A stretch of DNA of 64,000 nucleotides from an uncultured bacterium (GTDB lineage Bacteria > Patescibacteriota > JAHJAL01). Of the stretch, positions 1-7,519 are shown one piece after another. Location: positions 3,330-67,329 of the forward strand of contig CALKWM010000009.1 of assembly GCA_938004065.1 (NCBI GenBank), given 5' to 3'. The number at the start of each line of letters is the position of its first letter. The stretch's first letter is position 1. A program made the translations under genes and the position numbers. The notes beneath the pieces are model-generated. The model was given only the letters and a program-made list of their open reading frames with translations, made no database searches and was not told the origin of the DNA.

Positions 1-16
1 AACGGTTACCGGAATT

Positions 17-2236
17 GTGACTACATATCCGGGAAACCCCATCAATATTGATGATGATTTTGTCGGATCATTTACTGCAGGTGGAGCCGCTCCAGCGATC
101 ACAGTGATAAGCGTAGCCGGAGATTCAACCGCCCCGTATGTCGATACTACCGATGATGGTTATACATTGGTAGAATACACCACCTCTCCTTTAGCGATTG
201 AATGCCATTGGGATACGATTGACACTGATTATGATACTATGGCAAATACATGTTTGTCAGTTACTCAGTGTGTTTTAAATCTTACTGGTGAAGGCGGTAA
301 AACCATTTATATGCGATGTGATGATGGTGCTGGACATAAAGCAACCACTTCTTATGTGCTAAATTACACAATCCAGGTGGCATCTGGACCACCCCCATCG
401 AGCGGTCCCCCAATTATTCCTCCTCCCACGTGTACACCACTATTGCCGGAAACCCGTGTTTTACCATGTCCCACCGGACAAACTGGTATGATAGTGGAAC
501 GCAGGATATCTTCCTGCCCTGGACCGTTGTGGGGATCATGGTCAATTGTGTCAAATACTTGTACAACCACACCTCCGGTTGAACCACCAGTGGAGCCACC
601 GGTAGAACCACCGGTAACTCCTCCCCCACCCAGTACAGAAATTGTTAAACATTATATTCCAATTATCGGGTGGACATTTCCAAATTCACTGGTAACGACT
701 GAGAACGATATCGATAATCAGTCAAACTACTCCGGTTTGGACGGATTGTTTGAAAGTATGATGCTGTTTCCTGAAAATCTCGGCGATATCGATACCTTGA
801 TTAGATCTTACTTTGCTGATTTGGGTATTCGCACTCGCGATGTCAATATCGCAATCGATCAAGACTCCATAAAACGAGGGGATACCGTCTACGTATTATT
901 GCCACCTACCCTTAAGCTTTCCAGTAGCGAAGTTTATCAAGGTGAGGAGATGAATTTCAAAGGCACGTCAGCCCCCAATATCGAGATAAATATTTATATA
1001 TTCAATGACAACGATTATCGATTATATACGGTTTACTCAGATGACTACGGTTTTTGGCAATATGACTTCCCGGTTGATTTACCAACCGGAGAATATTTCG
1101 TTTATGCGGTTGGTGGTAATCAGTATGGGTACATCAGTATCCCAAGTGAAATGCAAAATTTTTCTATCTATAAACAGATTGTACCGAGTGGGATATCGGA
1201 AGTGATTCCCCTGCAAAGATATCAACAGATACTGGAAAGTGACGATGTTTCAGGGTTGATGGAAAATGTTGCGCAGATTAATTTCTGGTTTGCTTTGAGT
1301 TTGATTGGCCTATCTTTGTTCGGGTTGATTTTTGAGATATTTAGCTTTTTCTTGTTTTTATTTAATAACATTACTTCATGGTTAGGTATGGTACCGGCAC
1401 GCGATCCTTGGGGTGTGGTGTATGATAGCGAAACCAAAGAGCCGGTTGATTTGGCGATAGTACGTTTGTACGAAGCAAAAACGAAAAAATATTTACAAAG
1501 CAAGGTAACGGGCAAAGATGGGCGTTATAGTTTTATCGTCAAAAAAGGCAAATACTTAATTCAGGTTACAAAACATAACTATACATTCCCGGCACAAGGT
1601 AATTTTGGTGAGTATGATGGCCGTTACACCAATCTGTATTTTGGTGGTATTTTTGAAATTGGTGATGATAATGAATCGGTTGATTTGAACATCCCGATTA
1701 CTCCGAAAGAATCAATCAGACAGTCAATTTTGATAGAAAAAAAATACCATATAAAAATGTTTCGATACTATCTCGGTAAATTTTCTTTTCCGGTACTTTT
1801 GATCGGTTTTGTTTTGAGTGTACTGGTAATGATAATGTTTCCCGGGTGGTTAAATGCCTTGGTTACCCTTTCATATGTAGTGGCAATAGTATTTCATTTC
1901 TATAAATCGTCAACTTCGCTAAAGCCATGGGGAATGATCTATGACTCCAGAACAGGCGATCCGGTGCCTATGGCAATCGTGAAAATAATCGAGCCGGAGT
2001 ATGAACGAGTTTTGGAAACCAAACTAACTGATTTTGCCGGCCGATTTTCATTTTTAACCGTACCCGGCAAATACAGAATAGTTGTGGAAAAAGACGGATA
2101 CGAATTCCCCACCAATTCTTGCGAATTGGTGGCAAAAGGCAAAAAGATTGACTGGTATTGCGGACAGAAATTCGAAATCAAAGACATGAAACAATCTTTT
2201 ATTGATTTTGATATACCTATTGATTTAAGAAATTAA
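17..2236 (+). CDS. Membrane protein with a Pro-rich tandem repeat and two carboxypeptidase-regulatory-like (CarbopepD_reg) beta-sandwich domains. The frame is open to the window start, so it may be 5' partial
   Basis: 739-aa ORF starting at GTG at 17 with no upstream stop in frame. Carries a PPVEPPVEPPVEPPVTPPPP repeat and two G(V/M)(V/I)YDSxTxxP(V/I)xxAIV...GxDGRYSF segments typical of CarbopepD_reg. Hydrophobic helices lie mid-protein and before the second repeat. Confidence 0.45.
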   Translation: MTTYPGNPINIDDDFVGSFTAGGAAPAITVISVAGDSTAPYVDTTDDGYTLVEYTTSPLAIECHWDTIDTDYDTMANTCLSVTQCVLNLTGEGGKTIYMRCDDGAGHKATTSYVLNYTIQVASGPPPSSGPPIIPPPTCTPLLPETRVLPCPTGQTGMIVERRISSCPGPLWGSWSIVSNTCTTTPPVEPPVEPPVEPPVTPPPPSTEIVKHYIPIIGWTFPNSLVTTENDIDNQSNYSGLDGLFESMMLFPENLGDIDTLIRSYFADLGIRTRDVNIAIDQDSIKRGDTVYVLLPPTLKLSSSEVYQGEEMNFKGTSAPNIEINIYIFNDNDYRLYTVYSDDYGFWQYDFPVDLPTGEYFVYAVGGNQYGYISIPSEMQNFSIYKQIVPSGISEVIPLQRYQQILESDDVSGLMENVAQINFWFALSLIGLSLFGLIFEIFSFFLFLFNNITSWLGMVPARDPWGVVYDSETKEPVDLAIVRLYEAKTKKYLQSKVTGKDGRYSFIVKKGKYLIQVTKHNYTFPAQGNFGEYDGRYTNLYFGGIFEIGDDNESVDLNIPITPKESIRQSILIEKKYHIKMFRYYLGKFSFPVLLIGFVLSVLVMIMFPGWLNALVTLSYVVAIVFHFYKSSTSLKPWGMIYDSRTGDPVPMAIVKIIEPEYERVLETKLTDFAGRFSFLTVPGKYRIVVEKDGYEFPTNSCELVAKGKKIDWYCGQKFEIKDMKQSFIDFDIPIDLRN

Positions 2237-2239
2237 TGA

Positions 2240-2345
2240 GTTGTGCTAATTAGAAAAACAAAATATGGTTTGGATGGATCCCCGATCAAGAAGCGTTTCA
2301 CTTTCTTGTCGAGGATGACAGATAAAAAAATAAACTAGCACAACT
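2240..2345. repeat. Inverted-repeat element copy with terminal inverted repeats GTTGTGCTA(A/G)TT
   Basis: gttgtgctaattag...ggatggatccccgatc...caagaagcgtttcactttcttg hairpin...tcgaggatgacagataaaaaaataaactagcacaac. The ends are reverse complements of each other. Confidence 0.55.
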
Positions 2346-2395
2346 TATAAATTAAAAAAACATATAATAATTCCCCCTTAAAATAGTAAAGGGGA

Positions 2396-2956
2396 TTATT
2401 TTTCCAGATCAATTTTTGGATGCTGACGTTTAAAGAATAAATTTATCAGATAGATGAAAACAATAGCAATAAGCCAGCCAAATAATGATTCCATAAGAGC
2501 AAAATGTAAAATGTAGGACAGCGTGTTTTCCAGTTGAAAATTTAAATGCAGAAACGTAAATGCACAATTATATACCAGAAATGCAAAGAGAAGATAACTA
2601 AAACTTAAGACGTGAGAAACGTGTCTTTTTTTAATATAGAGAATTACTAAAAATAAAATGATTTGCAACAGACCGATAGCCAAGAAATCATTTGCAGAGT
2701 ATAAAAAATTCAGTAGAATGGTCAAAATCAAGATTATCGCTGATTGAGAAAAAGGCAAAGCATAGGTGCCGGCCACCAGATAAGAAAGGGTCAATGGCAG
2801 AACCATGCTTGAAATATTTATATTATATGGAAAAGCGGTTTGGACAAAAAATAGTATCGGGACGAAAAAATACACTAAAAATATTTTCATAAAAATCTTG
2901 GTAAAAAAATAGGCGGAAAAATATTTTCTCCGCCTTTTTTGATAGTTGATGAACAA
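2396..2956 (-). CDS. Polytopic membrane protein, hypothetical
   Basis: 186-aa ORF that is almost entirely hydrophobic helices. No recognisable motif. Confidence 0.4.
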   Translation of the reverse strand: MFINYQKRRRKYFSAYFFTKIFMKIFLVYFFVPILFFVQTAFPYNINISSMVLPLTLSYLVAGTYALPFSQSAIILILTILLNFLYSANDFLAIGLLQIILFLVILYIKKRHVSHVLSFSYLLFAFLVYNCAFTFLHLNFQLENTLSYILHFALMESLFGWLIAIVFIYLINLFFKRQHPKIDLEK

Positions 2957-2970
2957 AAAAAATTAAATTT

Positions 2971-3819
2971 TTATCGAAGACGACCGCTGATTACCTTGAG
3001 GGACTTGCGCTCAACAGACAATTCAGCCGGGGTGCGAGCGATTACTTCATTGTTGGACCAGAAGAAAAGAGGTTTCTCGCTACGAATTTCAAATTCTTGA
3101 AGGTGAAAAAGACTGATGTTTTTTGATTGCATTTCTTTGACATTGCTGTTAAGGGAAAAAAGCACATCACCCGATCCAAGCTGATCACTAAAACCCAGAT
3201 GCAAACATTCATCTATCATGCTTTGGCGGATAGATTCGATGTTGTTGCCAAATGGACGTAAATTGGTAACCACCAAACCGGAAATAGTAGCTTCTACTTG
3301 ATACTGATCGCGAACATTGACCGTGATCTGGTTTTTCTTGTCTTCGTCAATTTTCGGTTTGGAGGATAACAATTTGGAAAAGATTGATTGTTGTTTTATT
3401 TCCGGCGGCATGTCCGGAGATTGATTGGCCAGTAGTTCGGTTATGAAAAATTTATTGTTAATCACTCCGGTATCCATCAGCAATACTCGGCGAGCGGCAA
3501 GAATTTCCAGAGAGTTTTTCCAATTTCCCAATCCAAGTGAGTTTACCAGCAAACTATCCTCCAGGGGCAAGATACCTAGTGCGATTTTTGAATTTACTAA
3601 ATTGATAGCCACTTTATTGGCAAGAACTTCTCCGCCAACGGCAACAATTGTACTAAATCCTTTGTCGATCGCCCCCTTGACTTTATCTTCGACGTCGGCC
3701 AGATTGTCGATAAAATCAAACTCGCCCAGGATGTCAAAACTGACGAGAATTTCCGTAGCTTTTTGTTCGATTTTATCAAATTCTTTGCGTTTGCTATTGT
3801 CAACCAGATAGTAATACAT
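2971..3819 (-). CDS. Diacylglycerol/lipid kinase catalytic-domain-like protein (YegS/BmrU/LCB5-like) with a degenerate GGDGT motif
   Basis: FSTIVAVGGEV...LGILPLEDSLLVNSLGLG...LLMDTG..NNKFFI matches the DAGK_cat layout, but GGDGT is replaced by GGEV. Confidence 0.45.
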   Translation of the reverse strand: MYYYLVDNSKRKEFDKIEQKATEILVSFDILGEFDFIDNLADVEDKVKGAIDKGFSTIVAVGGEVLANKVAINLVNSKIALGILPLEDSLLVNSLGLGNWKNSLEILAARRVLLMDTGVINNKFFITELLANQSPDMPPEIKQQSIFSKLLSSKPKIDEDKKNQITVNVRDQYQVEATISGLVVTNLRPFGNNIESIRQSMIDECLHLGFSDQLGSGDVLFSLNSNVKEMQSKNISLFHLQEFEIRSEKPLFFWSNNEVIARTPAELSVERKSLKVISGRLR

Positions 3820-3833
3820 ATGTTTAGTATTGG

Positions 3834-4199
3834 TTATATTTCGTAAATTGGTTCGTATTGATCGATTTTGGAATCGAGTTTCTCACGTTGCTTTTTTGAT
3901 GTGCCGATAAATGCCGCTCCTTCGTCTATAATTAGACAACTGGAAGTTAGATCGCCCAGTAGTTTAGCGGTTTTGGTTAAGTGAATCTTTTTGGCGGTAA
4001 CTTCACCTTCATGAGTTCCGGACAAATTATAATCAATACATTCTATAACACCTTTTACAACACCTTTATCGTCAATATCAACATTTTTATCGGTATAAAC
4101 CGATCCTTCGATGCGACCGGAAAGGTATATCGAAGCTTGAGTTTTGATTTCTCCCGAGATAGTGGCATTTTGACCAATTAAGATATCCTGCCAATCCAT
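3834..4199 (-). CDS. Bactofilin-family cytoskeletal protein
   Basis: 121 aa with beta-helical repeats of the form ISGEIKTQASIYLSGRIEGSVYT..VDIDDKGVVKGVIEC and a C-terminal ..IDEGAAFIG. Confidence 0.7.
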   Translation of the reverse strand: MDWQDILIGQNATISGEIKTQASIYLSGRIEGSVYTDKNVDIDDKGVVKGVIECIDYNLSGTHEGEVTAKKIHLTKTAKLLGDLTSSCLIIDEGAAFIGTSKKQREKLDSKIDQYEPIYEI

Positions 4200-4350
4200 A
4201 AATTTTTATTTATTTAATTTGGCTTTATTATACTACGCTTGAAGAATTATTCTCAAATATACGGGACAAATATTGACGTAAAGATAATTATAGACAATAT
4301 TGTGATTTTACTGGTATAATCCGTGACGAATCAAAGTATCGGATAATATT

Positions 4351-4674
4351 ATGAAAAAAATCAATTTAAATGTTTTGCTGGCTATCAATTTATTTGTATC
4401 CTGGTTATTGTACCTGTCAAACAATATGAGTTTTTCAGGTTTAAAATGGATAACTTTACTCAGTCTGGCAATTTTTTTGATGAAAAGAACAAAACTCATC
4501 ATCTTGGTTTTGATATTTTTAACACTTTTTTTGCCGATAGTAGCTTATCTTGAGCAGGACTTTTGGATATATTGGGGATATAGTATGTTTATCTTGATGA
4601 TAGTTTTTTGGTTTGGTTTAATGTTTAAATCACATGATAAAGAAGAAATATATCAGGGAAATAGCGGTAAGTAA
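4351..4674 (+). CDS. Small membrane protein, hypothetical
   Basis: 107 aa with three hydrophobic helices. Overlaps the queG start by about 40 nt. Confidence 0.3.
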   Translation: MKKINLNVLLAINLFVSWLLYLSNNMSFSGLKWITLLSLAIFLMKRTKLIILVLIFLTLFLPIVAYLEQDFWIYWGYSMFILMIVFWFGLMFKSHDKEEIYQGNSGK

Positions 4675-5638
4675 TGGTTTTGATTTGTGCGCGGTTATTC
4701 GTCCGGGTTTAGTTGAAGGATTTGATATATTTGCACAATGGTTGCAGGATGGTTGTCATGCCGATATGAAATGGCTGGAAAAAAATTTGGACAAGAGATG
4801 CGATACCAAAATGATAATGGAGGATTGCCAATCAATAATCGTGTTAGGAGTATCGTATTTTAATGGTGATAATATCAATGATGGAAACAACGCGATCATT
4901 GCCCGTTATGCGTGGGGTGATGATTATCATGATGTTTTGCAGAAGAAATTAAAAATAATAATTGAAAAAATAAAAAATATTTATACAAAAAATTCCCCCG
5001 TAGGGGCGATCCCTCGCGGTCGCCCGAATCTCGTTTCCACAAAGGGCGACCGTAAAGGTCGCCCGTACGACCCGAATTCCAATTTCAAATTTTATACCGA
5101 TACCGGACCGATATTGGAGAAAAATTTGGGGGCGATGGCCGGATTGGGTTGGATCGGGAAAAATAGTTTGCTTATCAATCATCAAATCGGTTCGTATTTT
5201 TTTATGGCAACGATTTTCACCAATTTGCAAATAGATGAATTTACCGAAGAAAGTATGGGCGGTTGTGGCACCTGCCGTAAATGTATTGATGCTTGTCCAA
5301 CCGGAGCTATCAGAGAAGATCGCACGATTGATTGCCGGAAATGCATTTCCTATCACACTATCGAAAACAAGGGTCAAATACCGCCGAAGATTAAAGATAA
5401 AATAAACAATCGAATATTCGGTTGTGATATTTGTCAGGAAGTCTGTCCCTGGAATCGGTTTGCCAAACAAACGAGATTGTCGGAATTCGAGACAAAAAAT
5501 AACCGTGATAAATTAACTATGGAACAGATTAGAAATATAGACCGAGAGGAATATCAGCGATTATTTAAAAATTCCGCGGTCAAGCGGGCGAAGTTTGAGG
5601 GTTTGAAGAGGAATGCGGGGGGAGGGACACTATCTTGA
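4634..5638 (+). CDS. queG: tRNA epoxyqueuosine(34) reductase QueG
   Basis: Two ferredoxin-type clusters, CGTCRKCIDACPTGAI and CDICQEVCPWNRF, plus the HTIENKG and WGDDYHDVL regions typical of QueG. Confidence 0.8.
   Translation: MIKKKYIREIAVSNGFDLCAVIRPGLVEGFDIFAQWLQDGCHADMKWLEKNLDKRCDTKMIMEDCQSIIVLGVSYFNGDNINDGNNAIIARYAWGDDYHDVLQKKLKIIIEKIKNIYTKNSPVGAIPRGRPNLVSTKGDRKGRPYDPNSNFKFYTDTGPILEKNLGAMAGLGWIGKNSLLINHQIGSYFFMATIFTNLQIDEFTEESMGGCGTCRKCIDACPTGAIREDRTIDCRKCISYHTIENKGQIPPKIKDKINNRIFGCDICQEVCPWNRFAKQTRLSEFETKNNRDKLTMEQIRNIDREEYQRLFKNSAVKRAKFEGLKRNAGGGTLS
4995..5074. repeat. GC-rich palindromic repeat module inserted in-frame within queG. It belongs to the GTAGGGGC / GGGCGACC..GGTCGCCCGTAC family
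   Basis: cccccgtaggggcgatccctcgcggtcgcccg ... aaagggcgaccgtaaaggtcgcccgtacgacccg. A sharp GC jump in AT-rich coding DNA. It shares GGGCGACC, GGTCGCCCGTAC and GTAGGGGCG strings with 17236-17307 and 61601-61737. Confidence 0.55.
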
Positions 5639-5764
5639 TAAATTGTTAAATTGTTGTATAAATTGCCTTCCAGCCGATTTGTTGATGATTATTGAAATAA
5701 TGTAATATTGTTAAAAACACCATCTCCAAATAAATGGTGTGTTTTGTTTTGGTACTGTTGAATA

Positions 5765-6997
5765 TCATTTTTCACTTATTTCCTGCCAGAAACTGATACT
5801 AACCAAAATCAACATCAACATGGCGCTCATCAAGGTGGCGGAAACGAAAGTAGATAAATCTTGATGAAAATTTGTATAAATGACTACCTGGGAGACGGCG
5901 GAAATTAATAGAGTGAAAGCAAATCCCCAACCTTTTTGTGACAGTAAATAATTGACCAATAATTGCACAATGCCGATGATACCGATGGCCAAACCAACCA
6001 GTCCCAGTAAAATGCCTGGATTGTGAAAATTGGTACCAAACAAAATGCTGAAGATCAATCCCGGGAAAGAAAAATACATCACAACTGCGATACCAACAAT
6101 GGCGATAACCATCAGTAAAGCGTTTTTGGTAAGAGCTATTCTCTTGTTGCGATTGGTGATCTGGCTAGTGAACGGGAACATGGCCATGGCGATGCTAAAC
6201 GGTGCAAAGTAAACGATTTTACCCAATGTAGAAAGGGCGGTGTAGAGACCGGCGTCGTAGCTGTTTAAATATTTGTTGGCCATCAAAACATCGATGCTGA
6301 TAAAAAAGAGGATGCCGATCGTACCGACAAACATTCTAAGCGATTCGTTAATAATGTGTTTTTTGGATAATTTTAAATCTATTTTTTTTACGGTAACCGG
6401 TTTGATGTTTGTACGAATGTAAAATATCGTGATCAAAAAAGCGGTCAAAAGCGACAGAGTAATGCTGGCAATGGTGAAATTGGCCAAGTGTAAATAGTAG
6501 CCGATAGCCACACCGAGCAATAATTTGGCAACACCTTCGATAATCAACGACAAGGACAGATCGGAAAAAGCGAACATTCCTTGCATCAGTCCCCTATTCC
6601 AGGCCAGGTGAAAGAGAAATAGCAGTGAAAATGAAAGAATAACGATCCCCAAATAGCCATCGAGATGAAAATAATCTACAAAAAACACAGAGGAGATTAA
6701 AAATACAACAAATGTTGCCAAACCAAAGAAATTGATATATTTGGTGGTGCGATGGTAGAGGGCAGATATCTTGTCGCAGTCATTGTCAAAGGTGGCGGTC
6801 AATTTGGCCATAGTGAATTGCAGGGCCGATAGCGGAGTGGACATGATGAGATAGACCGAAAGCAATGCGCCCAGCATGGCGTATTCAGCAGGGACCAGTA
6901 TGCGGCCCAATGCCAAATGGAAAAAATACGCACCGGCGTTGCCGATCATAGAACCGACGAATAGGATGGCAGAGGATTTTATGAAGTTTTGTTTCAA
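5765..6997 (-). CDS. Polysaccharide/oligosaccharide flippase-like transporter (MOP superfamily, Wzx/MurJ-like)
   Basis: 410 aa with about 12 predicted TM helices. N-terminus SSAILFVGSMIGNAGAYFFHLALGRIL..EYA is typical of polysaccharide biosynthesis protein families. Confidence 0.5.
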   Translation of the reverse strand: MKQNFIKSSAILFVGSMIGNAGAYFFHLALGRILVPAEYAMLGALLSVYLIMSTPLSALQFTMAKLTATFDNDCDKISALYHRTTKYINFFGLATFVVFLISSVFFVDYFHLDGYLGIVILSFSLLFLFHLAWNRGLMQGMFAFSDLSLSLIIEGVAKLLLGVAIGYYLHLANFTIASITLSLLTAFLITIFYIRTNIKPVTVKKIDLKLSKKHIINESLRMFVGTIGILFFISIDVLMANKYLNSYDAGLYTALSTLGKIVYFAPFSIAMAMFPFTSQITNRNKRIALTKNALLMVIAIVGIAVVMYFSFPGLIFSILFGTNFHNPGILLGLVGLAIGIIGIVQLLVNYLLSQKGWGFAFTLLISAVSQVVIYTNFHQDLSTFVSATLMSAMLMLILVSISFWQEISEK

Positions 6998-7056
6998 GAT
7001 TTAATTTATTATTTAAAGTTATTCTATTTTTATCTCCCCCTTAATATAGGGGGAAT

Positions 7057-7392
7057 TTATGATTCACAACCGAAAAACTTAAAGGTATTAGTTTTGAAAT
7101 CATAATATGGAATACCATTTTCACATTTAAATGTCTGGCATTCAATACCATCTGGCATTGGTGAACATATTTTTTTAGTTTTTGGGTAATAAAAATAAAT
7201 AACTAGCGAGACAAGTAGAAGCAGGAATAATAAAAATTTAGTTTTAATATTGAATTTAAAAAAAATAAAAAACAGAAGGGCTGCCATCAAAATAATAAAT
7301 ATAAAATCAAAGAAAAATACTACTCTTGTAGAAAATAATAAACACGCTAATACAATAAAAACAGTGACTGTAATCCAATTAAATTTAAACAT
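7057..7392 (-). CDS. Small membrane protein with a Cys-rich C-terminus, hypothetical. The start is moved to the second Met
   Basis: The ORF extends to 7425, but its first 11 codons are encoded by the GGATCCCCGATC arm of an intergenic repeat. The second Met begins a typical TM helix, MFKFNWITVTVFIVLACLLF. Confidence 0.35.
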   Translation of the reverse strand: MFKFNWITVTVFIVLACLLFSTRVVFFFDFIFIILMAALLFFIFFKFNIKTKFLLFLLLLVSLVIYFYYPKTKKICSPMPDGIECQTFKCENGIPYYDFKTNTFKFFGCES

Positions 7393-7403
7393 ATGAAATA
7401 ATT

Positions 7404-7490
7404 TTCTGGATCCCCGATCCCGCATTCGCTGGACAAGTTATCGGAACGCGATGACGCTTCCGATTCGAGGATGACAGTATAAAATATTAT
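7404..7490. repeat. Inverted-repeat element copy (GGATCCCCGATC ... TCGAGGATGACAGTATAAAA)
   Basis: ctggatccccgatcccg ... tcggaacgcgatgacgcttccga hairpin ... ttcgaggatgacagtataaaat. It shares a right arm of about 30 nt with copies at 2272, 27423, 40393, 50585, 51838 and 54591. Confidence 0.55.
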
Positions 7491-7519
7491 TTTATAAAAC
7501 TCATTCTTATTTTAACTTA

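Noticed and set aside
2311-2340. GGATGACAG-hairpin motif considered as an intrinsic terminator or sigma-54 promoter
   Set aside because: The poly-A tract follows the hairpin on the + strand and the poly-T tract precedes it on the minus strand, which is the wrong geometry for rho-independent termination on either strand. The TGGCAC -24-like element occurs in only one copy (27487); the others read TAGCAC
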